Source: the human T2T-CHM13v2.0 reference genome, Homo sapiens. From it: DNA of 64,000 nucleotides. A model generated the notes under the pieces. It was given only the letters and a program-made list of their open reading frames with translations, was not told the DNA's origin and made no database searches. The translations under genes and the position numbers were made by a program. The stretch is taken from assembly GCF_009914755.1 (NCBI RefSeq), contig NC_060932.1; one strand, 5' to 3'. Below are positions 43,467-55,283 of this stretch, piece by piece (position 1 is the first letter of the stretch; each line of letters opens with the position of its first letter).

Positions 43467-43624
43467 AACGTGGCCTCTCTAAATAGGTAGTGGGTTAACC
43501 TTCAGAAGCAAAGGCAGACAAAAACCACTTGTGATACCTGCTGCTGCGTAGAGCCAGCCAGCATATAGATTATGCTTTCTTCCTTCTGAAGGAAGACTCT
43601 AGGATTACAGGAGTGAGCCTGGCC
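43103..43624 (-). mobile_element. Alu interrupted by a ~240-bp non-Alu insert
   Basis: Alu runs to 43356 and resumes as ggattacaggagtgagcc at ~43600. Confidence 0.8.
43405..43464 (+). repeat. (CA)n(GA)n compound microsatellite
   Basis: Direct reading. Confidence 0.95.
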
Positions 43625-45362
43625 CCAATTCAATTCAATCTTTATGGGCATCGAACAAGGGCATTATTTATTACCCATGGTTTACAGAAGTCAAACCCAA
43701 GTCTCAGAGAGGGAAGACATTTTTTAGTCTCACTGCGAAAGTAACAGAGCTAGAATTTAGTCTCTGTCACGCTAAATCGTGCTACATGCTCCGTCTAGTT
43801 CAGAGCCTGTGTGGAGGTCGACACTGGAGTCCCTCAGTTTTCCTCATCAGGCTCCTGGTCTGATTCTTCCAAGATCAGTCTCTTTCCCTCAGCGGAAGCC
43901 AGCTGGGAATCACTGGCCTTGTAACCTCTTCAGGCGACCTCCTTGGGATGTTCACAAGGAGCATAGCCATCTGGAGAATGATACTGTTTTTTCCTAGGGC
44001 TGGGATGGGGGTGGTATCCCTCACATCATTCCAGAAACAGCGCCAGCCCTGCTTTTATCAGCGGGGGCCACAAAGAGGCGACAAGCCCTGATCAAATGTG
44101 AGCGAGATTGACAATCTCAGCACTTTCCAGGGAAAGGATGCCGTCCCACATGGCTTCAGGCCTCCGAGGAAGCCCCATCCTGAGACAGAGAGACCCCAAA
44201 TCACAGTGTGTTTCCTTTTGGCCAGAGATGAGGCTTACTCATCTCAGACAGCTGTGTCCACGGCATGTTCCTCAAGGACAGCTGCTCCAGATGAAAAGAA
44301 GAGATGCTCCCAGAGCCTTGAGGGGCTGCTGATAGGAACCCAAGGCCTCACCCTGGGGCTGTATCCTGTGGCTTCAAAAATATATGTATTTGAAAGCTTC
44401 TAGCAAAACAGATTACACAAGAACGCAAATGTAAGATCCCTTTGGGATTCTAACTTTTTTTCTTAAGGTGTTTAAAGAAAAATGACACCCTTAAAAAGAA
44501 ATGCCATTTGTTTTCAAAGCTGCAGCACCAGAGGACATGGAAGAGAAAGGCTGAAGTGTCCCTGAAAATGAGTGAAGATTCCAGTCTGTTTTTACTAATG
44601 TCCAAAATCTTAGGTTTATTGCCTTTGCGTTCCTCTGCCCCAGGGTCTCTGTGTGGCAGGCGAGTGGGTCTCGTTCGATGGTGCAGTCATCGTGTGGCGG
44701 AATGCATGCTCACACAGGGAAGTTGGTTGAGCGTCTCCTTTGAGCAGTCCTTCCTCTGGTGAGGTGCACAGGCGGGCATCATGCCCATTTCATAGATGAG
44801 GAAACTGAGGCTGAGAGGGATGCTGCAATTTAGGACTTCTGGGTGATATCACAGAAGCCTCATTCTCTTTTGTGGCATGTACCTTCTCTATTTGGGAAGT
44901 TAAATTGGACTATGGGGATTGGACCAAGGGGTCTTCTTGCTTCCGCTTTCTCTAGGCCAAGGCTTTGCAGTTATGGAGGAAGAAAGAGCTGGGGTCTGTC
45001 TTGGCAACCCTGTGACTCTTCTCCCCTATCCTCACCTGCCTTCTCACTTGACCAACATATTTTAAGGGCTCCATGTACAAAGGTGGGGCTGTGGCCCTTT
45101 CCCAACCAGCACCTTGGCCCTGTACCCTGATATGGGATGGTTAAGGCACACAGGCTTCATGGATGGGGGCCTACGACCGCAGATGGAGCAGAGGTGGACA
45201 GGGTATGGTCCGGCAGGTGGAGGTGCTGGAGAAAAGCCGCGTTAGGCAGCACGGGAGCCAGGTGCGGGGTCTCTCAAAGCCTCGAGTCCCTGGCAGTGCT
45301 GTGCTCTGTGAGGACTGCTTTTGACTGCAGGGCACTGACACTCATACCTTTTGCTTCTGCAG

Positions 45363-45531
45363 CTGACCATACTCCCTGGAGCCTTCTCCCGAGGTGCGCG
45401 GGTGACCTTGGCACATACAGCCATCATGATGGTACTTTAAGTGGAGGCTGAATCATCTCCCCTTTGAGCTGCTTGGCACGTGGCTCCCTTGGTGTTCCCC
45501 TTTTACTGCCAGGACACTGAGATTTGGAGAG
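45363..45531 (+). ncRNA. PVT1: PVT1 internal exon (169 nt; the exon following the circPVT1 exon in the RefSeq transcript as recalled)
   Basis: CTGACCATACTCCCTGGAGCC...TGGCACATACAGCCATCATGA...GATTTGGAGAG recognised as PVT1. Flanked by branch-like CTGAC, the tract ccttttgcttctgcag, and donor GAG|GTAAGT. Confidence 0.92.
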
Positions 45532-46364
45532 GTAAGTGGCTTACCTGAGGCCATGTGCTAACAGAGAAGATGAAGAGATGATTGAAACAGGCCTAAGACC
45601 AGACCTAAGGGTCTGTACATTTTCCACATACTTTCCATATCTTTAGAGGCCTGACCAAAGCAGATCTTTTCCTTTCTTCTAGGTAAGTCCAAAGGCACCT
45701 GCCTGCTGGGCCCACTGTTTTCTAACTTTCCTAACTTTCTGATCCCTTGGAGGTGATAATCAAATATTCTAGTCTGAGGCATTGGGATACATGGTGCTAG
45801 GTTCTGAGACTCTGCGTCAGGCCTGAACCCTGCATTTTGTGGAGGTGGGTGGGAGAATGTTCCCCTGGGGAACATGCCTAGACACGGGGGACAACAGTTG
45901 CCCTCATGGGGAGGTACCTGTTTACTCGCTGTTATGGGACCGCTTTCACAAAACCACTGCAGGTGAGTGAGTTCCTGCTGAATATCAGGCCTGGTGTCTC
46001 TAGACTCATTATTTCCCCCACCCAACCCCTATGTTAGTTCATCTCGAGCCACATTTTTATTGCCATAATCCAGGCCTGGACAGGCCAAGATCTTTTAACA
46101 ATTTTAATTACTGAAAATAATAACTGCATTTTTTTTAAAGCCCAACTTTTGGTAGAGTCAGCCCAAAATACAGTCTTTGTGTTGCCATCTGGGAACTGGA
46201 TTTGGAATTGTTCTTCCATGAGACTGCAGAGCAGAACGGCAGGGCCAGAGGTCCCACGAGCTGGTCAGACCCGGTTCTGCTCCTTGCTGGCTGAGTGACC
46301 TTGGGCATTGTGATTCATATTCTCATCTGCCTTCAAGTGTGGTTACGAATGCTTTTTATCCTGC

Positions 46365-47290
46365 TTATCAATTTCTATGATTGCCATAAAATATTAACAC
46401 AAATTTAGCATTTATATAACATAATATATTAATGCATAGTTTTTTTGTGGGGGGGGGCGGTGGAGGGGCAGTGTTGAGACAGAGTCTTGCTCTGTCACCC
46501 AGGCTGGAGTGCATGGTGTGATCCTGGCCCACTGAACCTTGACCTCCAGGGCTCAAGGGGTCCTCCCACCTCAGCCTCCAGAGTAGCTGGGACTTCAGGC
46601 ATGAGCTACCACACCTGGCTAATTTTTTGTATTTTTTGTAGAGACGAGGTCTCACTATCTTGCCCAGGCAGGCCTGGAACTCCTGGACTCAAGCGATCCT
46701 CCCACCTCGGCCTTCTAAAGTGCTGTGATTACAGGTGTGAGCCACTATGTCCGGCTCACGTCCAGTTATCTAGGGCAGAGGTCAGACATGGATCTCTCCA
46801 GGCTAACATCAAGGAACCTGTAGGCTGCCTTCCATTCTGGAGACTGCAGGGGAGAGTCTGTTCCTTGCTCATTCTGGATGTTGGCAGAATTTGTTTCCTT
46901 GAGGTTGTAGGGCTGAGATCCCGTTTTCTTGCTGGCTGTCCAGATGCATTGAGCTTCTGGAAGCCTCCTCGCTAGGCTTGTGGCCTCCTCTCTCCATTTT
47001 CAAGTCCAGCAATGGTGGGTCCAGTTCCTTTTAGGATTTAAATCTTTTCTCCCTCTTTCTTTTCACCTCTGTGATCTCAGCTAGAAAAGATTATCTAATT
47101 TTAAGGATTCATGTGATTGGACTGGGGCCACCCTGATAATCCAGAATAATCCCTACTTCAAGGTCCTTAGGTTTAATCACATCTAGGAAGTTCTATTGCC
47201 ATGGGAGGCAACATATTCACAGGTTCCAGGAAATTCCGACATGGGCATCTCTTTGATTGGAATGAGGGGTGGCAGGTATTCTGACACAGT
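46365..47290 (-). mobile_element. MLT1E-type MaLR LTR with an inserted AluJ
   Basis: ctgttccttgctcattc..gttggcagaatt; aaggattcatgtgatt; gataatccagaataatc; catattcacaggttcc. Confidence 0.75.
46440..46756 (-). mobile_element. AluJ
   Basis: Diverged Alu with J diagnostics and a G-rich expansion in the tail. Confidence 0.88.
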
Positions 47291-49324
47291 ACCTCAGAAG
47301 GGTTGCTGTGATGATGAAGTGAATGGAGACACGTAAAGCGCTTAAAATATTATGTAGAGCCATGTGAATTTGGCAGCATTGAATTGTTGACCTATAAAAG
47401 GTCAACTTAATAGTATCTGGTCTATAGTAAATCTTCAGTAAATGTTTGCTGTCATTACTCTAGTGGTAGAAATGTCATGCTTTATTTAGCCAGTTTGCTA
47501 TTGTTGGGCATTACTTTTTAAAGAGTTATTATTTTGTTATTATAGTATATATGTGAACACCGTGATCATCATGCCTTTGCAAATTTTATTCTGATTTAGG
47601 GCAATGCATGTCTTTCCAGGCCACACTCAGTCTCCTGCTCTGGTGCCAGTGTCTCTGTGGCCTGAGGGGCCCCTCTTTCTTGCAGAGCCCCTCATCCAGC
47701 ACCAGCTCAGCTCTGGGCCATGTGTGTGGGGTGGGACTTTTCTCTTTTGGGAAGTGGGCCATGCCTCTCCTTCCTGAGACCATCCCCTTTGGCTTCCTCG
47801 GGGCCCTTGGCTCTTTGAACCAGCCTGCAGGGCACCACACCTGTGGGCCCATTTTTGTCAGGAAACGACTCCCTTCCCAAGGGCACCCTGAGTCCCAGGT
47901 CCCCAGGCCCACAGATGTTGGGCCCTCAGAGTGTGATCCCATGTCCCCAGCTCTGTAACTCCCTGCATGTGGCTCTTAAGACTCACAAGCCCATGTTTGC
48001 CTTGGCCAGACACTTTCGCCTGTCAGTTCTGCCAGTTGGGAAGTGTCATCCCCACTGTGTGAATGTGGAAGGGATAATGAAGAATTTCCACGGCTTGCCT
48101 AGGGTCGTTGAGCAATGTGGAAGGGATCATGGAGAATTTCCATGGCTTGCCTAAGGTCATCAAGCTGGCATCTCAACCCAGGTTCATCTGCCTGTGATGA
48201 CAGGAAAGAAATCAGGTGTGATTCTGTTCTTGTTGACCCATAGCCACCTCTCTCATTAAGGCTTCTCCTGCAGGCAACTACACAGCCAGTGGTGGGAAAG
48301 CACCTAATTTACATCTTCATGCATTGAAACTGATGTCACTCACCTCTCCCCCTTGACCTGGAAGAGCCCCTGAAGGCTGCCATAGGGGAAATGATAACCC
48401 ATTCTACAGCTGCTGAAACTGAGGCCCAGGGAGTGTCCAGAGCTTTCTGAGGTCCACCATGTACTGTTGACCAGGATGAGTGATAGCCACCTGGTGACAA
48501 TGTTGAAGGTTCTCATTCAGTAGAGCTGGGTTCAATTCTGACTTGCCTGACCAGCTGGTGCCTCATTTTGCTCTAAGTATTGGAGCCTCCAGCTTTATTT
48601 TCTTTCAGTGGGAAAGACTGTGAGATTCAGTCCCTCCTTGAAGCTGCGCATCGACTCTCCTGTCCTGGGTACTCTTTAGGTAGTGGCTGTTCTGAAGTGG
48701 CTTTGGAAACCCTGGAATGAAACTGTCATGTCCAATGCTGAGATTTGTATAAACTGTCATTTTAACTGTGATTATTATTCCTTAGGATTTGAGAAATAAA
48801 ATCTGAGGAGGGAGCAGGACCTGCCTCAGGGCCTCCTCTCCAAGTTGAGTGACCCATCTTCCCAGGTCTCCTTTTGTTCTGTCTTGAGCCTCTCTCCTGA
48901 GGTCCTGAAAGAAGAGAATGTGCTGTTGTAGGGGGCCTGGAAATGTCCCATGGACCATCTCGTGACTCAGTAAGATGATGTGTGTCCTCTGGGGACAGAA
49001 GGAGGTCCTGCACAGAGTGTTCCTGCCCGTTGATGCCCTCCCCAGATCCTAACGCGAAGTCTGACACATAGTAGCCTCCCGGTAATCTTAATAAGCAAAA
49101 GGACACATTTCTCAAGTGATCTTAGCACCATTTCATGCAATCAATTCCAGCCCAGCCCTTTATTCTGGCCAGCCCTGGTGGGTCCATTAGCTGCAAAAAT
49201 TAGTCGTGCTCAGTTTTAATGCAAATGACTAAGTATTACTTTATTGAATTGATTAATAAAGAAGCTCTCTTTGTATGATATCAAGACCATGAAGAAATTG
49301 CAAAGACATAGGTAGGGTCTACAG

Positions 49325-49584
49325 CAGAGTTTCTCAGCCTTGGCGCTGTTCATATTTTGGGTCAGATGATTTGTTGTGGGGGCTGTCCTATGTATTGTAG
49401 GATGTTGCTCGGCATCTCTGGCCTCTACCCACTGGATGCCAGTAGCTCTGTCAGTCGCAACCCCAGCTTCCAGTTGGGACAACCTAAAGTGTTTCCAGAC
49501 ATTGCCACATGTTCTTTTGTGGTGGTGTTGGTGGTGGTGCGTACATATGTGTGTGTAAAAATCTCCCTTTGTTGAGAACCACTA
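49325..49584 (-). mobile_element. MER20 (hAT-Charlie)
   Basis: ggcatctctggcctctacccactggatgccagtagc; gttgagaaccact. TSD gtctacag/atctagag (NTCTAGAN type). Confidence 0.88.
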
Positions 49585-49956
49585 ATCTAGAGACCACCTA
49601 ATTAGGGCTGACGTGGGCTCTTCCACAGAGCCTTCTCCTTAAAGACAGATAGGTTGATGGACAGTTGGATTTAGGGAAAAGAAAACTGAGTTGAGGGTTT
49701 AAAGTGAATTTCATCCCCAATGTGGAAGATGAGCGTTCCGTTCCTGGCTGTAGGATGTGGAGCATGTTACTCCACATGTGGGAGAAAAAAATCATCCCAT
49801 CTACTTCAGGACTTTTGTGTGATTAAAGAGGCAAGATAGTCTAGTGCTTTTCATTCCATGCGCACTCAATAAAAAATAGGGGTTATATTTATGAATAGTA
49901 ACAAAAAGCCTCTTAAGGAAAATTATTTTGGGCCCTTGTTCAAGGTTCAGTTGACC

Positions 49957-50107
49957 ATTTATTTTTAAAGAGATGGGGGTGGCCCAGGCTGGAGTAGAGT
50001 GGTGCCATCCTAGTTCACTGCATCCTCAAACTCCTGGGCTCAATCGATCCTCCTGCTTCAACATCCCAAAGTGCTAGTATTATAGGCATGAGCCATTACA
50101 CCTGGCC
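49957..50107 (-). mobile_element. AluJ/FRAM-like monomer
   Basis: Short diverged Alu. Confidence 0.75.
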
Positions 50108-51009
50108 CATTTGACTATTTTTTCTGCTTGATTGTAGAGAAGGGAATGTAAGTCATGAAGATCTAAACTATAAAACCTGCGTGGCTTAGAGGCTGAGCAT
50201 GGATTGTGATTTAAGGAAGCCCCAGGTTCAATTTCTGGTTCTGCCACTTGCTAGCCATGGTGAGACCTTGCCCAGCTTTCATACTTTCAGGTTCTTTGTC
50301 TGTAAAATGGGAACAATAAGAGTACTGACCTCACCGGGCTGTTGTGCTACTGGCTGTGCTGCCTGAATGGGCCCTCCTTTATTTGAATCCCTCTGCCACA
50401 GTTGTCCCATTTTTTTTTTTTTTAAATGGTGACCCAAGTTCCATTATGGACGATCAGGCATTCAGGGGAAGGAGGGATCCAAAGCAGAGACAAAAGCAGC
50501 CAGCCAGCTCATCCCCTCTGCAGCTGATACCGAGGAGGAGGATGCCAGTGGGAAGAAGCGTGGCCATATGGCTGGCAGGATGCCTCACTGGTAACAGTCA
50601 GCCCGGCCCCTTTGAAGTGGTTTTAAGACCAATTTGGTAACTTGATTTGGAAAGTGGTATCGATGACTCCGAGGGCGCAGGCTGCTCATTAGCTGCTGTC
50701 TGGGCCCGGCAAATTGGTTTAAGTGGAATGAAATTGGTTCCTTCCCTCCCCGTGCTCATGGCTGAGGTCCAGGCCCGATTGTAATGGGAACCTCTCCTGG
50801 GCAAAGGACATAGAAAAGCTTTCCGGGGAGTCTGACCCTCTTTTTTCATATGTGAATTCTACTTTCCCCTGGGGGTCAAGGCAATAGGCTGATAAAACAT
50901 AAAAATGAACCTGAAGTGGGTGGGGTGAGTGTGTGTGTGGGAAGTTGGATCAGAGGAGAATGAACAATGAACAGTGGCCGAGTGTTTTTCAAGGGCCAGT
51001 TAACCATTC

Positions 51010-51370
51010 CCCTGTTGAGACACTGTGCTTGATGCATTTTTTTTCTTTTCTTTCTTTCTTTTTTATTCTCCCATATTACAAACACTGCTGGGAGGAACAT
51101 CCGCACATGCTTTCTTGGTCACTTATGTGAGAGCTCATCCAGGATTTATACCCTGAGGCGACTTCACTGCCGTGGAGGCTAAGGAACATTTTCTGTTTCA
51201 TAAGACGCGATCACATTGCCCTCCAGAACAATCATGCCAGTTTACACTCCCACTGACTGTACACAAGAGCCCTGTTTTCCCCCATCTGGTCACCCACATT
51301 TGATAGGTCAGAATTTTGCTTTTTGCCAGTCTCATGGGGGTGATGCCATTTCTGGTAGTTCCCCTGATTG
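51010..51370 (-). mobile_element. Old L1ME fragment
   Basis: attgccctcca...ccagtttacactcccac...tttttgccagtct. Confidence 0.6.
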
Positions 51371-52074
51371 CCAGGGGGATGAGCAGCCTGCCCTCAACTG
51401 CCCCATGCTGAAGGCCCTCCAAAGGCAGCATGAATCCTCACAGTTCCCAGCCTGTGCCCTGACAACCTAGGAGGACACGCTGGTCTGGTCCATTGCTTAT
51501 CTGAAACGATTCCCTTTCCCTGTTCCTTTTGTTGCCTTGAGTGTCAGTTTTGGACCTCCCACTGAGCAGTTTTTTCTGTCACGTAGCCATAGACAGGACT
51601 GAGTTCTTTGGAAAATAATCACATCCCACTGTTGTTCCCATTCGTTCATTTTTTCCTTCAACTAACCAACATTATTCAGCACTTTACTCAGCACAGGATG
51701 TGGAACCGAAGGCCTGGCTTTTGGGACACTCACCGTCCCCAGTCAGCTCTGTGTCCTAGGGAGAGACCCATGAGCTCTCTGGGCCTCCTTTTGTTTCTCT
51801 GTAATAAAGGACTAAAGCTACCAGCCTCGCTGCGGGTTGGAAAAAAGAAAGAGTTAGTGTAACACATGTGAATGTGTACGAAGGGGTTTAGAGACAGACA
51901 AAACATTGCACCAAGGCAGGGCTCGCTGGAGTGCAGACCCAGGAAAAACACTGCAGGCCAAATTGCTTCTGGTCTGTCAGGGTACCAGCCACACATCCAA
52001 GGCAGGGAACTTAGGGCGATTGGCCTTTCTGCTCATGCTTACTCTCCCAAGCTTGTTGGGTTATTATCATGCAC

Positions 52075-52192
52075 AAGCCATTCAATCGATTGTATTGGGT
52101 GCCTAATATATCAGACACTCTTAGGTGCTAGGGATGTAAGAGCAAGCAAAACAGACATGGTTCTGCCCTTGTGGGCTGTATAGTCTAGTGGA
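52075..52192 (-). mobile_element. L2 3' fragment
   Basis: cattcaat...tattgggtgccta...taggtgctaggga...aaaacagacatggttctgccct. Confidence 0.7.
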
Positions 52193-52397
52193 GGAAGGGG
52201 GAAGAGGTTAAGTATTTGTAGGAAGGTGAACCCCATGTTAAGAAAGCATCTTCCATCTTTCAAATGTTTCCAAGTAGCTGGTTATTCATGATAGCGAGGA
52301 AATGGTGGTCATCTCCATTGCTCTGGTAACTAGTTTGTGTCTGAGAAAGTGCTGATTTCCAAGAAAAGGAAAGAGACCACGGATGAATGATAGCAAG

Positions 52398-53973
52398 ACT
52401 ATTAAACAGGAATACAAAGAAGAGCTCACATTTATTGAGCACCTACTATATGTGCTGGACCCTCTTGTAAGAGCTTCATACAAATTAGGCAGACAGGCAA
52501 TATTATTATCCCCATTTGATCTACAAGGAAACTGAGTACAAAGTGATAGCTTTTCTGCAGAGCTTGTGCACAGGGGCCAAAGTTTGGGAACAATGCCTTT
52601 CTTTAATTTGAAAGTATCTGTTGTTGGTGTCACTTGTTGGAATTCCTAGAATCCCAGAAAAGTAAGTTTAAGTTTTCTTCTGCCAGCATCGGTCAGCCTA
52701 CCTTTGACCCAAGGTCACGACTCCCTCCCTCCTCCCTTCCCTTCCCTGCTCTGACATTCTTACCTTGTTTTTGAGTTCCTTATTCCCTAGCTTCCTCCAA
52801 GCAGCAGGCTCTGGGAACAGTCCCGTTCATTTATATAACAAATATTTATTGAAATGCAGACTTGTTGTTTTCATAATACCTGTGTACAAGTTAAACCCGT
52901 GGTCACTTGTTCATGTGCCTCTTGTTTATGACAAGAGGTGGTCCCTTGTTGAAAGCCTGTCACATGGCAGGTACTCAGTCTTTTCTTTCCTTCTAATAAG
53001 TAGGTGAGTATTTTCCTTGGTTTGCACACGAGGAAATGGAGGCTCAGAGAGCTTAGGTAGCTTACTCAAAGCCACACAGCTGGGTTAAATGGGTTCAGCA
53101 CCATGAAAATCTGACCTTTAATGTCTGCACTCTTATTCTCTGGCTTATTGGGAAAGAATTGGACAGGGATGGTAAATGGAGTTGATGGAGGCAAAGAGAT
53201 AATTACTGTTGCTCAAAGGTGGATCGAGAGAGTTTGGGCAAAAACGGAACCACGAACAAGCCGTTGAAAGTCCCCTCATCCTGGACCTGTGGTCTGTCCT
53301 TTGTAACTGCTCTTTTTTTGGCATTCCCTCTGTCTCCTCTGCCCATCCCAATGCCAGGCACACTGAGCCTGTAGGGATTTACAAGGTGGGCCTCAGGTTT
53401 CTCCCCTCCCAGGTGGGCATAGGAATCACTGCTTAGCTTAGATTTGGCAGAATGAAAGAGTCAGGCAGAGTCTCACCCGGCCCTGTTTCTTAGCTGCTTT
53501 GACACCTGGGGCAGGTTTTTGGACCTCTCTGGACATGGCCAGCTGTGTTGTGACTGCCCACCAGAGGCTGGGTCTGTGAATGGAAGACTGAAGAAAAGGC
53601 GATGATCACAGTCCAGGGACAAGGTTTCTGAATCTTGTGAAATAGTTACAAATACTATGAAACAGGAATACAAAGAAAAGCTCACATTTATTAAGCACTT
53701 ACTTTGTGCTATACCCTCTTGTAAGAGCCTTGTACAAATTAGGCAGACAGACAATATTATTATCCCCATTTTACCTATAAGGAAACTGAGTGCAAAGTGA
53801 CAGCTTTTCTGCAGAGCCTGTGCACAGGGGTCAAAGTTTGGGAACACATTGCCTTTCTTTAATCTGAAACTATCTGCTGTTGGTCTCATTTGTTGAAATT
53901 CCTAGAATCCCAGAGAAGTAAGTTTTAGCTTTCTTCTGCCAGCCCCGGTCAGCCTGCCTTTGACCCAAGGCCA
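52398..53973 (+). repeat. Local direct duplication of ~320 bp (52398-52717 and 53654-53973)
   Basis: The two copies align end to end by eye (aaacaggaatacaaaga...ggtcagcct.cctttgacccaagg) with scattered substitutions and small indels. Confidence 0.95.
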
Positions 53974-54200
53974 TAGTAAGTTCCAGAGTGACTTCCCGTC
54001 TGTTTTATTATCCCTGACAAAGGGATACAGTATTGTGCGGTGGCTGTGGATGGCGTGTAGTAGTGTTTTCCTTCTCTTGAAAAGCAGCTGCTGAGTGGTG
54101 GAGCACAGAGGTATTCCCTGAGCCCCAGCTTGTGCCCATGGTAGGTCCAGGGCGTTTGGGGGAAGGAGACCGACTCTAGGTGGTCCCGTCTGGTTTCTCA
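52413..54200 (-). ncRNA. LINC02912: LINC02912/TMEM75 single-exon antisense transcript (approximate ends)
   Basis: Covers the ORF. Minus-strand AATAAA (TTTATT 52431-52436) gives a plausible 3' end near 52413. The 5' end is from memory only. Confidence 0.5.
53473..53889 (-). CDS. TMEM75: TMEM75 138-aa putative ORF (locus now treated as lncRNA LINC02912; coding status doubtful)
   Basis: ORF MRPTADSFRLKKGNVFPNFDPCAQ... starts with a true ATG. Its length and antisense position in the PVT1 intron match recalled TMEM75. The hydrophobic part (LIGKMGIIIL) is a MIR-core translation. Confidence 0.65.
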   Translation of the reverse strand: MRPTADSFRLKKGNVFPNFDPCAQALQKSCHFALSFLIGKMGIIILSVCLICTRLLQEGIAQSKCLINVSFSLYSCFIVFVTISQDSETLSLDCDHRLFFSLPFTDPASGGQSQHSWPCPERSKNLPQVSKQLRNRAG

Positions 54201-54344
54201 GGGGAGAAAATTCATAGATCCATCTCCTAGCTGTCATCCAATTCTGTGTAGAAGGGGAAAGCCAAGGTTGCCCTCAGATTTTGATCTTGGTTCACTCTGA
54301 TTTCTCTATGCCAGACTAGTAGAGCTTCAGGGAAGCTTGGTGAC

Positions 54345-54730
54345 TATGACTGGATGAATTCTGTCCCCCTTAAAACCATAGGTTGAAGTCCTACTCACCC
54401 ATACCTCAGAACGTGACTGTGTTCGGAAATAGGGTCTCTAGAGAGGTACAGTTAACTGAGCTCACGTGGCGGGGCTCCAATATGGTCAGACTGGTGGGTG
54501 TCCTTATCAGAAGAAGAGATTAAGATGACAAAGGAGGAGTGAAGACCACGTGTAGACACAGGGAGGAGGTGGCCATCTACAAGCCCAGGAGAGAGGCCTC
54601 AGAAGAAACAACTCTGACCACACCTTGATCCTGGACTTCTGGCTTTCAGAATTGTGAGGAAATAAACCTCTGTTGTCTGAGCAACCCAGCCTGTGAAAAT
54701 TTGTTGTAGCAGCCCTGGCGGATCAATACA
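54345..54730 (+). mobile_element. MLT1B-type MaLR LTR
   Basis: gttgaagtccta...tacctcagaacgtgactgt; aataaacctctgttg. 5-bp TSD gtgac. Confidence 0.85.
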
Positions 54731-55233
54731 GTGACCATGAGCAAGTCACTCACCCTCTCTGAACCCCCTTGGTCTCAGCTCTAAAAAGAAGCCTGAGAAT
54801 TTCTGCCTCACAGGCTGTGGTAAGAGGCATCAGAAATAGCCGACTTTCATCGGAGGCTCACTGCGAGCCAGGGCCTGTTTAAGCCTTTTCCATGTCTGAA
54901 CACACTTCATCTTCATGTGTAGCCTTTGGCTGGGGAGGGGAGATACTATTGTTCCCATTTTACAGGTGAGGAGAGTGGAGCACAGAGCTGTTAATTAACC
55001 TGTCCCATGTTAGTCAGCAAGGAAGGGGCTGGTCCATATGTGGAACTTCGTAGTTGTACTCTGGTGCCCACACACCAGATCACTATGCCGTCCCAGCTGT
55101 TGTTACAATAAGACTATGTAGGTGAAGGGCCCACCCAGTAGTGCCTGGCCTATGGGACACATTGAAGACCAGCCCCCTGTGACCAGAACCTCCCATTTGC
55201 TGCATTGAGTTTGGAATGTTTGAACTCCAGGAG

Positions 55234-55234
<1 letters not shown>

Positions 55235-55281
<47 letters not shown>
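55235..55281 (+). repeat. (TG)n microsatellite (~23 units)
   Basis: Direct reading. Confidence 0.95.
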
Positions 55282-55283
<2 letters not shown>

